Below are positions 39,831-50,763 of a stretch of DNA of 64,000 nucleotides, piece after piece. How positions within the stretch are numbered: position 1 is the stretch's first letter; every line of letters begins with the position of its first letter. The notes below the pieces were generated by a model. The model was not told the DNA's origin. It saw nothing but the letters and a program-made list of their open reading frames with translations, and did not search any database. This stretch comes from a plasmid. Both the position numbers and the translations under genes were made by a program. The stretch lies in the sequence record NZ_CP040051.1. One strand, 5' to 3'.

Positions 39831-40151
39831 ATGAGCCAAATTACATTTATTGCCCACGATGGTGCACAAACCAGCGTTGCAATCGAAGCGGGTAAGTCAC
39901 TAATGCAGTTGGCGGTTGAAAACGGTGTTGCCGGAATTGATGGGGATTGCGGTGGCGAATGCGCCTGTGGTACCTGCCACGTGATTGTCAGTGCTGAGTG
40001 GTCGGATGTTGCGGGTACGGCACAAGCGAATGAGCAGCAGATGTTGGAAATGACCCCAGAGCGTGCTGCCACCTCACGTTTGGCGTGTTGTATCCAAGTG
40101 ACCGATGCAATGGATGGCATGACGGTACATCTGCCTGAGTTTCAGATGTAA
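39831..40151 (+). CDS. [2Fe-2S] ferredoxin (putidaredoxin-type).
   Basis: CGGECACGTCHV…C cluster-binding motif. 106 aa from the RBS-supported ATG. Confidence 0.8.
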   Translation: MSQITFIAHDGAQTSVAIEAGKSLMQLAVENGVAGIDGDCGGECACGTCHVIVSAEWSDVAGTAQANEQQMLEMTPERAATSRLACCIQVTDAMDGMTVHLPEFQM

Positions 40152-40227
40152 CACGTCAGCTGTAACCCAGCGGATCAACCGCCTTAACAAACACACCTCG
40201 TCAACGATGCTCAGTCAGGAGACCATC

Positions 40228-41721
40228 ATGAACTCAGTCGCAGAAATTTTTGAGAAAATAACCCAAACTGTCACCAGCACCGCTGCAGACGTAGCAACCA
40301 CGGTTACGGATAAAGTCAAGTCTAATGAGCAGTTTCAAACGGGCAAGCAGTTTTTGCATGGTCAAGTGACCCGTTTTGTCCCATTGCACACGCAGGTTCG
40401 CGGCATTCAGTGGATGCAAAAAGCCAAATTCCGTGTGTTTAACGTGCAAGAATTTCCTGCATTTATCGAGCAACCGATTCCAGAAGTTGCAACACTGGCA
40501 CTTGCTGAGATTGATGTTAGCAACCCATTTTTATACAAGCAAAAAAAATGGCAGTCTTACTTTAAGCGGCTGCGTGATGAAGCACCGGTACATTATCAAG
40601 CCAACAGTCCGTTTGGGGCATTTTGGTCGGTCACGCGTTACGATGATATTGTCTATGTCGATAAAAATCATGAGATTTTTTCAGCTGAACCTGTGATCGC
40701 GATTGGCAACACCCCTCCTGGGTTAGATGCTGAAATGTTTATTGCAATGGACCCACCCAAGCACGATGTGCAGCGGCAGGCCGTACAGGATGTAGTCGCA
40801 CCAAAAAATCTCAAAGAGCTAGAGGGTTTGATTCGGCTACGCGTGCAAGAGGTTTTGGATCAGTTGCCAACGGATCAGCCGTTTGATTGGGTGCAGAATG
40901 TTTCGATTGAGCTGACAGCCCGTATGTTGGCAACATTATTTGATTTCCCATACGAAAAGCGGCACAAATTGGTTGAATGGTCAGACTTGATGGCTGGCAC
41001 TGCGGAGGCCACAGGTGGGACAGTGACAAATTTGGATGAGATTTTTGATGCAGCAGTCGATGCAGCAAAGCATTTTGCGGAGTTATGGCATAGAAAAGCC
41101 GCACAAAAATCTGCAGGCGCTGAAATGGGCTATGATTTGATCAGCTTGATGCAGTCAAACGAAGCGACTAAAGACCTGATTTATCGGCCGATGGAGTTTA
41201 TGGGCAATTTGGTCTTGCTAATTGTCGGCGGCAACGATACCACACGCAACTCGATGACGGGTGGGGTATACGCACTTAACCTGTTTCCAAATGAGTTCGT
41301 CAAACTCAAAAACAATCCGAGCTTGATCCCGAACATGGTATCCGAAATTATTCGCTGGCAAACCCCGCTGGCCTATATGCGTCGGATTGCCAAGCAAGAT
41401 GTAGAGCTTAACGGTCAGACCATCAAAAAAGGCGACAAGGTGGTGATGTGGTACGTTTCTGGCAACCGCGATGAGCGAGTGATTGAGCGACCTGATGAAT
41501 TGATCATTGATCGTAAAGGTGCGCGTAATCATCTGTCATTTGGTTTTGGTGTGCATCGCTGTATGGGTAATCGCTTGGCCGAGATGCAGTTGCGAATCTT
41601 ATGGGAAGAGCTGCTTCAGCGTTTTGAAAATATTGAGGTTTTGGGTGAGCCAGAAATTGTGCAATCTAACTTTGTGCGCGGCTATGCCAAGATGATGGTC
41701 AAACTGACTGCCAAAGCGTAG
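40228..41721 (+). CDS. Cytochrome P450, CYP153-family alkane/aliphatic terminal hydroxylase.
   Basis: Haem-binding loop FGFGVHRCMGNRLAEMQLRI, the I-helix GGNDTTRNS, and the EIIRW K-helix motif. Operon context with ferredoxin and ferredoxin reductase. Confidence 0.8.
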   Translation: MNSVAEIFEKITQTVTSTAADVATTVTDKVKSNEQFQTGKQFLHGQVTRFVPLHTQVRGIQWMQKAKFRVFNVQEFPAFIEQPIPEVATLALAEIDVSNPFLYKQKKWQSYFKRLRDEAPVHYQANSPFGAFWSVTRYDDIVYVDKNHEIFSAEPVIAIGNTPPGLDAEMFIAMDPPKHDVQRQAVQDVVAPKNLKELEGLIRLRVQEVLDQLPTDQPFDWVQNVSIELTARMLATLFDFPYEKRHKLVEWSDLMAGTAEATGGTVTNLDEIFDAAVDAAKHFAELWHRKAAQKSAGAEMGYDLISLMQSNEATKDLIYRPMEFMGNLVLLIVGGNDTTRNSMTGGVYALNLFPNEFVKLKNNPSLIPNMVSEIIRWQTPLAYMRRIAKQDVELNGQTIKKGDKVVMWYVSGNRDERVIERPDELIIDRKGARNHLSFGFGVHRCMGNRLAEMQLRILWEELLQRFENIEVLGEPEIVQSNFVRGYAKMMVKLTAKA

Positions 41722-41807
41722 GTATCAAAATAGGCGACAGAGGCATTTTGCAACTGTCGTCGGCAACAATTGATGCTGTGCATCAACCATGAACTGAGTG
41801 AATTCAT

Positions 41808-43022
41808 ATGCAAACAATCGTCATCATTGGCGCAAGTCATGCTGCGGCGCAGTTGGCGGCAAGTCTGCGGCCAGATGGCTGGCAGGGCGAGATTGTGGTG
41901 ATCGGCGATGAGCCGTATTTGCCGTATCATCGACCGCCGTTGTCCAAGACCTTTTTATGCGGTGCACAACTGGTCGATGAGTTATTGATTCGGCCAGCCG
42001 CTTTTTATCAAAAAAATCAGATCGAATTTCGGCACGGGCGGGTGGTTGCGATTGATCGGGCAGCGCGCAGCGTGACACTACAAGATGGCAGTACGCTTGC
42101 GTATGACCAGTTGGCGCTGTGTACCGGTGCACGAGTCAGGACGGTGTCGCTGGCTGGGTCTGATTTGGCAGGTGTGCATTATCTTAGAAATATCAGCGAT
42201 GTACAGGCTATCCAGCCATTTGTACAACCCAACGGCAAAGCAGTGGTGATCGGTGGTGGCTATATCGGTCTTGAAACAGCCGCCGCATTGACCGAGCAGG
42301 GCATGCAGGTGGTGGTCTTGGAAGCCGCCGAGCGGATTTTGCAGCGGGTAACTGCACCGGAAGTGTCGGACTTTTATACGCGGATTCATCGCGAACAGGG
42401 TGTGACGATTCATACCGGTGTGTCGGTCACGGCGATCACGGGTGAGGGGCGGGCGCAAGCGGTGCTGTGTGCCGATGGTTCGATGTTCGATGCAGATCTG
42501 GTGATCATCGGGGTCGGGGTTGTACCGAATATCGAGTTGGCGCTGGACGCGGGCTTGCAGGTGGACAATGGTATTGTGATTGATGAGTATTGCCGTACCA
42601 GTGCGCCAGAGATTGTGGCCATCGGGGATTGTGCCAATGCGTTTAATCCGATTTATCAGCGGCGGATGCGCTTGGAGTCGGTACCAAACGCCAATGAACA
42701 GGCCAAAATTGCCTCGGCGACCTTGTGTGGCTTACAGCGGACCTCGAAGAGTTTGCCTTGGTTTTGGTCAGATCAGTATGATCTAAAGTTGCAGATTGCG
42801 GGACTCAGTCAGGGGTATGATCAGATCGTGATTCGGGGTGATGTGCAGCAAAGGCGTAGCTTTGCAGCGTTTTATTTGCAGGCGGGTCGCCTGATTGCGG
42901 CGGATTGTGTGAATCGTCCGCAGGAGTTTATGCTAAGCAAAAAGCTGATCACGGCTGGTACGGCGGTCGATCCACTGCGGTTGGCGGATGAGTCGATTGC
43001 GGTACAGGCGTTGATGGGGTAG
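41808..43022 (+). CDS. FAD-dependent ferredoxin–NAD(P)H reductase (putidaredoxin reductase-like).
   Basis: Two Rossmann dinucleotide motifs (VIIGASHAAAQ; VVIGGGYIGLETAAAL). Confidence 0.8.
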   Translation: MQTIVIIGASHAAAQLAASLRPDGWQGEIVVIGDEPYLPYHRPPLSKTFLCGAQLVDELLIRPAAFYQKNQIEFRHGRVVAIDRAARSVTLQDGSTLAYDQLALCTGARVRTVSLAGSDLAGVHYLRNISDVQAIQPFVQPNGKAVVIGGGYIGLETAAALTEQGMQVVVLEAAERILQRVTAPEVSDFYTRIHREQGVTIHTGVSVTAITGEGRAQAVLCADGSMFDADLVIIGVGVVPNIELALDAGLQVDNGIVIDEYCRTSAPEIVAIGDCANAFNPIYQRRMRLESVPNANEQAKIASATLCGLQRTSKSLPWFWSDQYDLKLQIAGLSQGYDQIVIRGDVQQRRSFAAFYLQAGRLIAADCVNRPQEFMLSKKLITAGTAVDPLRLADESIAVQALMG

Positions 43023-43060
43023 CTTAAAACTACATCAGGCTAGATTTGCATTACGCTGAT

Positions 43061-43291
43061 TCAGATGTTAATCAGAATGGCATCGATAGATACCTGTGAG
43101 AGCAAGTCAGGTGCAGCTTTGGCTTTGTGTAATTCACCACCCGTGATCGCAAACACGATGGGTAATCCATACCCATCTACGGCAAGATGGATCTTACTTG
43201 TCTTGCTACCTCGACTTAAGCCAATCGCCTCCTGATCGTGAGTTGCAGCACGTGCATTATGTTGATGTGCCTTGACGTAATTGCTATCCAT
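43061..43291 (-). pseudogene. Short remnant of an IS5/IS4-superfamily DDE transposase.
   Basis: Translation KIHLAVDGYGLPIVFAITGGELHD… is typical of IS5-family catalytic-core fragments. No inverted repeats or full ORF. Confidence 0.5.
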
Positions 43292-43776
43292 AACCCCTAC
43301 TCTATATCAGAGTCAGTAGATAAAACCCTGAGTATGCTTTGGAAAAAACCTTTTGCTGACCAGTCGTTGTATCTTTTGTAGAGATTAGGCTGCTGACCAA
43401 ACTCAGTCAGGAGGTAGGTCTAGCCATGGACATTTCACCCACATTCTGTAGAGCATGGCTTCTACGGTGAGCCGTAAATTTGGTTTGTGATCAATGTCCT
43501 GTTGCTTGAGCATAGGAGAAATCTTTGCTCAATGTTGGTCGTTCAGCATAAAGCGTGGCATGGTGGACTCGGATGGGGAGAGCTTTAATTCTCTGAGTCT
43601 GCCTCCAATTTGCAATCAATATTTTCAAACGTCAACACACTCTAATGTAAAAAAACTAACATTAAAAAAACACCTCTGCCAAAAGGTCTGGTAGCTATAT
43701 TCGATGTCAAAGATGATCTGGCTCACCTGCTGCGTTGTTAACTCATTCTATCAAATTTTGAGGACAGGCTTGACAT

Positions 43777-43828
43777 TTGGTCAATCGACCAATATATATT
43801 CAAAATATGCATTTGGTCATTTGACCAA
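43777..43828. promoter_or_regulatory. Two palindromic operator-like sites (TTGGTCAATCGACCAA and TTGGTCATTTGACCAA) 36 bp apart, upstream of the hydrolase gene.
   Basis: Read directly. Near-perfect 16-bp palindromes in a promoter region adjacent to a TetR-family gene. Confidence 0.45.
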
Positions 43829-43947
43829 TACCCGTTGAATTCTTGTGTGATATTTGCTGTGCCTGACCAAGGTGAAAAATATTGCTCAAGGTCAAATGTG
43901 ATAGCAGGTTTACAGACATTCGATGCCTTTACAAGGAAACTCTCGCC

Positions 43948-44817
43948 ATGACTCATATGATCAATATCCAGCCACGTAAGCCGCGGTTTGATTTAAGTGA
44001 TGTTCCAGTTTTTTGGAACGACGGTGACCCGGTGTTAACACGCTTCTTTGATGCACTTTCTATTCACTTCCCCGATGGAGAGCGTTTTTTTATTCAGTCG
44101 GTGCGTAACTATCAGGATCTGGTCACAGATCCTAAACTGAGAGAAGATATCAAAAACTTTTTTCGCCAAGAAGCGCAACATGGCATTGTGCATGACCAGT
44201 ATAATGCGGTGATGCAGTCGCAAGGCATTCATGTCGAAAAGGTCATCGCAAGATTCAAATTATTTATTCGGCTCTCCCAAAAACACCTGCCCGCCAAGTA
44301 TCTGTTGGCCATGACAGCTGCCTTTGAACATATTACTGCTGTACTAGGCGAGGGTGCTATGGAGGGTGAGGGTGAGATGTTCAAGAATGCTCATCCCGCA
44401 ATGCGTGCCATGTTCATGTGGCATGGGGTAGAAGAAGTCGAACACAAAACAGTAGCCTTTGATGTTTACGAAACAGCGGCAGGTGGGGGGTATTTCACCC
44501 GCGCATCTGCTTTGATTATCGGAACGCTACTGGTACATGCGGTGGTTGGCTCAGTTCTTTGGCATATGTTGAAAATTGACAAACTACAAGGTCAGCCATT
44601 GGTGCTTGCTAAGGGATTTTATCGCCTCTATGGACCACGTGGCCTGATTACCAGACTTATTCCACGCTATCTGGACTGGTTTAAGCCAGGTTTCCATCCT
44701 AGCGACACCGAAATCCCAGAAAAGGTTAATTCTTGGCTGGCTGAATATGATAAGCATCAAGACCCTATGGAAGCGTCACGAATTGTTTTTAATGTCCCCA
44801 TTGCAAAAGCTGTATAG
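43948..44817 (+). CDS. Predicted metal-dependent hydrolase / ferritin-like di-iron protein (COG3687-like).
   Basis: Paired E…EAQH and EEVEH motifs. The start is taken at the RBS-supported ATG 43948; the ORF is open from 43882. Confidence 0.5.
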   Translation: MTHMINIQPRKPRFDLSDVPVFWNDGDPVLTRFFDALSIHFPDGERFFIQSVRNYQDLVTDPKLREDIKNFFRQEAQHGIVHDQYNAVMQSQGIHVEKVIARFKLFIRLSQKHLPAKYLLAMTAAFEHITAVLGEGAMEGEGEMFKNAHPAMRAMFMWHGVEEVEHKTVAFDVYETAAGGGYFTRASALIIGTLLVHAVVGSVLWHMLKIDKLQGQPLVLAKGFYRLYGPRGLITRLIPRYLDWFKPGFHPSDTEIPEKVNSWLAEYDKHQDPMEASRIVFNVPIAKAV

Positions 44818-44888
44818 ATCAGGAGAGACCGTGAAAGACTCGACTCGACTTGACCAAGTCGAGTAACCTGTCTTATTGATATAATGTT

Positions 44889-45527
44889 ATGAGTCAAACT
44901 ATGTTGAGTAGTGAATCTACGCGAGTCGAAGTTGCTGACCGCGAGAGAGTATTAGCCGCTTCTGCCAAGCTGTTTCGAGAAAAGGGTTTTGAGCGTACCA
45001 GTGTGCGAGAAATTGCCAGTGCTTGTGGTATTCTTCCAGGCAGTCTGCATTACCGCTATCGTAGTAAAGACGATATTTTGGTTGATATGATGCGGCTTGC
45101 TATTGAGAGAACTATTTACAGGATTGTTGAGGCGACTTCCGCGATTCAAGATCCACTCAAAAAAATGCAATCGGCACTGCAGACACATGTCGATATCCTT
45201 ATGTCGGGTGACGATATGGTTTATGTGTTGTTGTTTGAGTGGCGCTCGGTACATGGAGTCGCACGTGAGCAGATTATTGCTGAGAGAGACAGATACGAGC
45301 GATATTGGCAGACAATTCTTGATGATCTGCAGTCTTATGGTTGTATCCGAAACGATGTGGATGCAGATCTGTTAAGACTGATTGGGCTAGGAGCAATAAA
45401 CTGGGCTGCCACTTGGTATAAAGAAAATGGTAAGTACAATCTTGAACAGATCGCGGATGCGATATGGCAGATGATGACAAGAGGCATCCTTAATCCAGAT
45501 TTTCACGAAGAGGCAAAAAACCTGTGA
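44889..45527 (+). CDS. TetR/AcrR-family transcriptional regulator.
   Basis: N-terminal HTH (RTSVREIASACGILPGSLHYRYRSKDDIL). Confidence 0.8.
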   Translation: MSQTMLSSESTRVEVADRERVLAASAKLFREKGFERTSVREIASACGILPGSLHYRYRSKDDILVDMMRLAIERTIYRIVEATSAIQDPLKKMQSALQTHVDILMSGDDMVYVLLFEWRSVHGVAREQIIAERDRYERYWQTILDDLQSYGCIRNDVDADLLRLIGLGAINWAATWYKENGKYNLEQIADAIWQMMTRGILNPDFHEEAKNL

Positions 45528-46495
45528 CCAACTATAAGACTCCATCCCGTATCACGCACGCCATCGGGAGGCATTGTGGCAGCTCCGCAATTCGTGATTT
45601 GCTCGAGTTTAATGGGCTGAATATTTCCGAGGCCATGTGCTTTGGATTAGGCTCAGGGCTTGGCGTGACCTATTTGGAAATGGCTGACGCCCCTGTGCCA
45701 TTTTTAGTGCATGTGCGGTCTTTGGGGTTTGAAGCGCGCGTATTTGAAAGTATCGGTATACCCTTTGAGTGGCAAACCTTCGAGTCACCCGAATCGGCAG
45801 CCACCGCGCTGGAGAAATGTTTGGATGCGGGTCACCCCACCCTGTTGCTGACGGATATTTTTTATTTACCTTACTTCAACAGCAGCACGCACTTTCCCGG
45901 TCACGCCATAGCCGCTTGGTCGAGAAATCCAGAGACAGGTGCGGTATTTGTCACCGATACCGAGCGTCCGAGTGTTTTGTCGGTGACGCGAGAGGCACTG
46001 ACCCGCGCACGTTTTTCTACACAGCCCCCATTTATTCACTATGGCAATATGTTCACGCCCACCGCGTTTCAAGGCGAAATTACCCCCGAGATGATTACCG
46101 GTGTCATCCATGACAACGCCAAGTCATTAGCTGTGAGTGGCATATCGGCACTGGAAACATGGCTGGCCGAACTGAGTCGTTGGGGAGCCACAGGCGATTG
46201 GCACTGGACGACCCGATTTGCCTACCAAATTATTGAAAAGCGTGGCACAGGTGGCGGCGGCTTCCGCAAAATGTACGCTGAATTCCTTGATGAAGCGGTT
46301 CACTATGACGCAAGTGTACAGCAATATCGACTGTCCCTGTTAATGAGGGCTTGCGAAAAAGCATGGACGGCATTAGCCATGTGTTTGAAGTCTGCCTCGG
46401 AAAGCACAAACTTTCCATATGCCGCCATTGAAGAGGCCATTGTGGCGGTGATGCAGGCCGAACGTAATTATACAGATGCCGCCCTTGCACTTTGA
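45524..46495 (+). CDS. BtrH-N-like / DUF4872-family protein (papain-like fold predicted).
   Basis: N-terminus HCGSSAIRDLLEFNG…EAMCFGLGSGLG is characteristic of BtrH N-terminal domains. GTG start overlaps the tetR stop. Confidence 0.45.
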   Translation: MTNYKTPSRITHAIGRHCGSSAIRDLLEFNGLNISEAMCFGLGSGLGVTYLEMADAPVPFLVHVRSLGFEARVFESIGIPFEWQTFESPESAATALEKCLDAGHPTLLLTDIFYLPYFNSSTHFPGHAIAAWSRNPETGAVFVTDTERPSVLSVTREALTRARFSTQPPFIHYGNMFTPTAFQGEITPEMITGVIHDNAKSLAVSGISALETWLAELSRWGATGDWHWTTRFAYQIIEKRGTGGGGFRKMYAEFLDEAVHYDASVQQYRLSLLMRACEKAWTALAMCLKSASESTNFPYAAIEEAIVAVMQAERNYTDAALAL

Positions 46496-46551
46496 GACGT
46501 GCCGCTAATTTTTTCGCAATAAAATCAGCCAGCAATGGCGGGAGTTCAAAA

Positions 46552-47016
46552 ATGGACAGTAATAACACGGCACACCTGACCATGGCTAAGGCGTTTTTTG
46601 GTACTAATCACCCTTTATTCAATATGTTCAATATTAGTGTTGGTGCAGTGAGCGATGGTCATGCCGAGATGACGATGCCCTTCTCTGAGCAACTCTCTGA
46701 CCGTAAAGGCTCACTGCATCGAGGGGCTTTGGTGACGCTGCTGGATACGACTTGCGGCTTATCTATTTTTTCGTCATTGCGGTCGTTAGAGCCGATTGCC
46801 ACTATTGATTTGCGTGTCGATTTTTTGCGACGTATTCCCTCTGCGGTAGGTTTAAAGGCGATAGTGGATTGCATTGGTAGAACCGATACGGTGGCCTTTA
46901 TCACGGGCCGAGCGGTTGCAGAAGACAGTGGTGAGCTACTGGCTACTGTCACTGGTTCTTTCGCAATCGGCACGATGGGACCCTCTTTTGACAGCAATGA
47001 AGCGCGAGGCGAGTGA
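46552..47016 (+). CDS. PaaI/4HBT-family hotdog thioesterase.
   Basis: Hotdog motifs (GSLHRGALVTLLDTTCG). The start is taken at the RBS-supported ATG; the ORF is open from 46492. Confidence 0.6.
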   Translation: MDSNNTAHLTMAKAFFGTNHPLFNMFNISVGAVSDGHAEMTMPFSEQLSDRKGSLHRGALVTLLDTTCGLSIFSSLRSLEPIATIDLRVDFLRRIPSAVGLKAIVDCIGRTDTVAFITGRAVAEDSGELLATVTGSFAIGTMGPSFDSNEARGE

Positions 47017-47017
47017 T

Positions 47018-47437
47018 ATGAGTATAGTAAATCAGATGAGCGCGGAAACACCCCCACTAAAATTGTGTGACGAGCCTTTTGTCGATTTTCTAGGTTTTCG
47101 TGAGGAAATGCAACATGGAGAAATACAGTACTTTATGGACTTTCGTGATTCGCATATCGGCAACCCGATGATTGGCACGTTTCATGGCGGCATTCTCGCG
47201 AGTTTTGGTGAAGTGGCCGCCGCCGCCTATCTTGCCCGTCAGCGTGGTGATAATGAGCTGCCCTTATGCTCCACGATGACCTTTGATTACCTGCGGCCAG
47301 CATTTATAGGTACGTTACAGGCAGTCCCCAGTATTGTTCGTGCGGGTCGGCGCATTACGACAGTATCGGTTCAGTTACTACTTGATGGCAAGTTGGTTTG
47401 TATCGGTCGATTCCTGTTTACGGTTAGCAGCAAATAA
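47018..47437 (+). CDS. Second PaaI/4HBT-family hotdog thioesterase.
   Basis: HGGILASFGEVAAAAY motif. Its ATG overlaps the previous stop (TGATATG). Confidence 0.6.
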   Translation: MSIVNQMSAETPPLKLCDEPFVDFLGFREEMQHGEIQYFMDFRDSHIGNPMIGTFHGGILASFGEVAAAAYLARQRGDNELPLCSTMTFDYLRPAFIGTLQAVPSIVRAGRRITTVSVQLLLDGKLVCIGRFLFTVSSK

Positions 47438-47702
47438 AATTGGAGCAAGCTCAGTTCAGGATGCCGACCCTGTTTTACTCAGAAAAATTTTCAATAGATA
47501 GACAAATAATATCAAATAGCTGGAACTACTACTGATACCGATACAGCGTTGGCGCAGAAATCCCAAACTCCTTCGCCAATGCTCGCTTGGTTTTGTAGTC
47601 GCCAGATTCAAGACGTTGATGCAGCAGAGCCACTTGTTCAGGAGTCAGTGACGGCTTACGGCCCTTGTAGGGGTCGTCTCAGGAAACGGAAAATATAGCA
47701 CG

Positions 47703-50669
47703 CTAAGGTTTTTCAATTGCGCGCAATGGCCTAAATTTTCCACCACCTATCTTGGCTTTGCTTCGCCATAGATAATCCCCAGTTAAATTGATGTGCTCCC
47801 ACCCCAGCGGTGACAGATATTGCAGCAAGGTATCATCGACTGTGCGACCATGCCCTCGTAGGGCGTTAGTCGCTCTCTCTAAATAAACCGTGTTCCACAA
47901 TACAATGGCGGCGGTCACTAGATTCAAGCCACTGGCTCGATAACGCTGTTGCTCAAAGCTTCGATCTCGAATCTCACCCAATCGATAAAAGAAAACGGCG
48001 CGCGCTAATGCATTACGGGCTTCACCTTTATTTAATCCAGCTTGAACCCGACGGCGTAGTTCTACGCTTTGCAACCAATCCAAGATAAACAGTGTGCGCT
48101 CAATACGCCCCAGCTCTCGTAATGCCAATGCCAAACCATTCTGTCGTGGATAACTACCGAGTTTACGTAGCATTAGCGACGCTGTGACAGTCCCTTGCTT
48201 GATTGATGCGGCCAGACGCAAAATATCGTCCCAATGAGTACGAATCTGTTTGATATTCAGTGTGCCGCCAATCATGGGTTTAAGTGCGGCATAGTCTATG
48301 TCTGACTTTGGAATATAGAGTTTCGTATCGCCCAGATCACGAATTCGTGGTGCAAATCGAAACCCTAGCATGTGCATGAGTGCAAAAACATGGTCGGTGA
48401 ATCCAGCCGTATCGGTGTAGTGTTCCTCGATGCGTAAATCAGACTCGTGATACAGCAGCCCATCAAGAACATAGGTTGAATCACGAACGCCCACATTGAT
48501 CAGCTTACTGCTAAATGGTGCGTATTGATCAGAAATGTGTGTATAAAATAACCTTCCAGGCTCTGCGCCATATTTTGGATTGATATGTCCTGTACTTTCA
48601 GCTCTGCCACCTGCGCGGAAGCGTTGGCCATCTGATGAGGAGGTAGTGCCATCTCCCCAGTTTTCAGCGAAAGGTTGTTTCAATTGAGCATTCACCAATT
48701 CGGCCAATGCCGTTGAATAAGTTTCATCACGGATATGCCAAGCCTGTAGCCATGAGAGTTTGGCATAAGTTGTACCAGGACATGATTCGGCCATTTTCGT
48801 CAGCCCTAAATTAATTGCATCAGCCAGTATGGTCGTGAGCAATAACGCTTTATCCTTCGCAGTGTCATCCGTTTTCAAATGAGTGAAGTGTCGAGTAAAG
48901 CCTGTCCATTCATCGACCTCCATTAATAATTCGGTGATCTTGATATGTGGTAACAGCATTGCTGTTTGGTCAATTAAAGTTTGGGCTGTATCAGGAGCCA
49001 CGGCATCGAGAGGTGTTATTTTTAGACCAGATTGATTGATCATCGCATCAGGCAAATCGTTGGTCGCTGCCATGCGATTAATGATTGCTAATTTCTGCTC
49101 CAATAGTGAAAGGCGACTTTGCAAATATAGATCACAATCAGTAGTAATGGTTAGAGGTAACTCATTGGACTGTTTTAGCTGATTAAATTTATCAGCAGTC
49201 ACTAAATACTCATCGAAGTCTTTGAATTGGCGAGAGCCTTGTACCCAGAGATCCCCAGCCCGTAGCGAGTTTTTAAGTTCAGATAACACACATATTTCGT
49301 AATAGCGGCGATCAATACCATCATCGGTAAAGACTAGTCTTGCCCACCGTTTTTTGATAAACGCTATTGGAGCATTAGAGGGGATTTTTCGTGTATTATC
49401 AACATTCATGCTGCGGAGCAACTCTACAGCGGCAAGCATATCTTTTGCTGCTGGGGCAGCACGCAATTTAAGTATGGCAAGAAGTTCTGGCGCGTAACGG
49501 CGTAAAGTTGCATAGCTCTCGCCAATTCGTGGTAAAAAATCAAAGTCTTCGGGTTGCGCCAGTTTTTCTGCCTCAGTAATACTTGCTGCAAAAGCATCCC
49601 ATGAAATAACAGTTTCGATGGCGGCAAACGGATCACTGCCATTTTGCTTGGCATCTAGCAAGGCTTTCCCGATAAGCCCATACAAACGCACTTTGTCGTT
49701 GATCGCTTTACCTGATGATTGAAATTGTTGCTGGTGTTTATTTTTTGCGATAGCAAATAGCTTTCCAATAATGCGATCATGCAGGTCAATAATTTCGTCG
49801 GTGATCGTGGCCATACTCTCCACAACGATTGCTACCAAAGTGGCATATCGACGTTGAGATTCAAATCTGGCCAAATCAGCAGGAGTCATTTGCCCACCTT
49901 CGCGAGCAATTTTCAGTAAGCGATTTTGATGAACGTGTTTTCCAATGTCTTCAGGTAGATCGATGGCTTGTAAGCACTTCAGCCGCTCAATGTGCTCAAG
50001 CATGTACTTTGAGTTTGGTTTAGCTGGTGACTGTCTAAGCCACCCCAATATTGTCAGTTTGCTGCCCTCTTTACGGTTCAGCAAAGCATCTATATTTTGA
50101 CGATGAGTTTCTGAAAGTGAGCTCGTCAAAGCAGTATAAATTATGCGGTTGGCAGATGTGATTGCTTCTGCGCAAATACTATCAATTGCATTTATAGCTG
50201 GCAAAAGGACTGATTTTTGTCGTAAATTTTCAACGAGAGTTGTGGCTAAAATAAGACCTTTATCTGTCTGAAGGGACAAATCCACCATCATATTGACCGA
50301 TTGCCGATAGTCACTCAAGGTGAATAGTTTGAACCCAAAAACTTTTTTCAATTCGGCAATATGTTCTCGTCTTGTTTGCTCGCGCTGACCATAATCATTC
50401 CAGCAGTCCACTGATATACTAAGTTGAGCAGCCATCATGAAAAGTAAGGGTTTGAATGGTTCGTCGTTAATACCCAATATCACTCCAGGGTAACGCATGT
50501 AGCAAAGTTGAATTGCAAAGCCTAGCTTGTTGGATGCCCCTCGATGTTGATGGACTATGGATTTATCAGAATCACTCAGAGTGTAATGCTGAAGCATAAA
50601 AGCTCTATCATCTGGAATTTCGAACAGGCTTCCCAATTCCGTGGACGACAAAATAGAATGGCGCGGCAT
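47703..50669 (-). CDS. tnpA: Tn3-family DDE transposase.
   Basis: 988 aa with a typical Tn3 TnpA N-terminus (MPRHSILS…[11 protein letters not shown]) and C-terminal catalytic domain. Confidence 0.9.
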   Translation of the reverse strand: MPRHSILSSTELGSLFEIPDDRAFMLQHYTLSDSDKSIVHQHRGASNKLGFAIQLCYMRYPGVILGINDEPFKPLLFMMAAQLSISVDCWNDYGQREQTRREHIAELKKVFGFKLFTLSDYRQSVNMMVDLSLQTDKGLILATTLVENLRQKSVLLPAINAIDSICAEAITSANRIIYTALTSSLSETHRQNIDALLNRKEGSKLTILGWLRQSPAKPNSKYMLEHIERLKCLQAIDLPEDIGKHVHQNRLLKIAREGGQMTPADLARFESQRRYATLVAIVVESMATITDEIIDLHDRIIGKLFAIAKNKHQQQFQSSGKAINDKVRLYGLIGKALLDAKQNGSDPFAAIETVISWDAFAASITEAEKLAQPEDFDFLPRIGESYATLRRYAPELLAILKLRAAPAAKDMLAAVELLRSMNVDNTRKIPSNAPIAFIKKRWARLVFTDDGIDRRYYEICVLSELKNSLRAGDLWVQGSRQFKDFDEYLVTADKFNQLKQSNELPLTITTDCDLYLQSRLSLLEQKLAIINRMAATNDLPDAMINQSGLKITPLDAVAPDTAQTLIDQTAMLLPHIKITELLMEVDEWTGFTRHFTHLKTDDTAKDKALLLTTILADAINLGLTKMAESCPGTTYAKLSWLQAWHIRDETYSTALAELVNAQLKQPFAENWGDGTTSSSDGQRFRAGGRAESTGHINPKYGAEPGRLFYTHISDQYAPFSSKLINVGVRDSTYVLDGLLYHESDLRIEEHYTDTAGFTDHVFALMHMLGFRFAPRIRDLGDTKLYIPKSDIDYAALKPMIGGTLNIKQIRTHWDDILRLAASIKQGTVTASLMLRKLGSYPRQNGLALALRELGRIERTLFILDWLQSVELRRRVQAGLNKGEARNALARAVFFYRLGEIRDRSFEQQRYRASGLNLVTAAIVLWNTVYLERATNALRGHGRTVDDTLLQYLSPLGWEHINLTGDYLWRSKAKIGGGKFRPLRAIEKP

Positions 50670-50763
50670 GGCTCATTAGTCCCAAATAAACTAAACTATT
50701 AAAGGTACATTATTTTGTACCGCCACGCTTAGCTTTGCGCTGCAATTTCGCAAGGAGGTTCAA
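50670..50763. promoter_or_regulatory. Putative res site and divergent promoters between tnpA and tnpR.
   Basis: Its position between divergently transcribed tnpA and tnpR is typical of Tn3-family res sites; no individual subsites were resolved. Confidence 0.45.
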
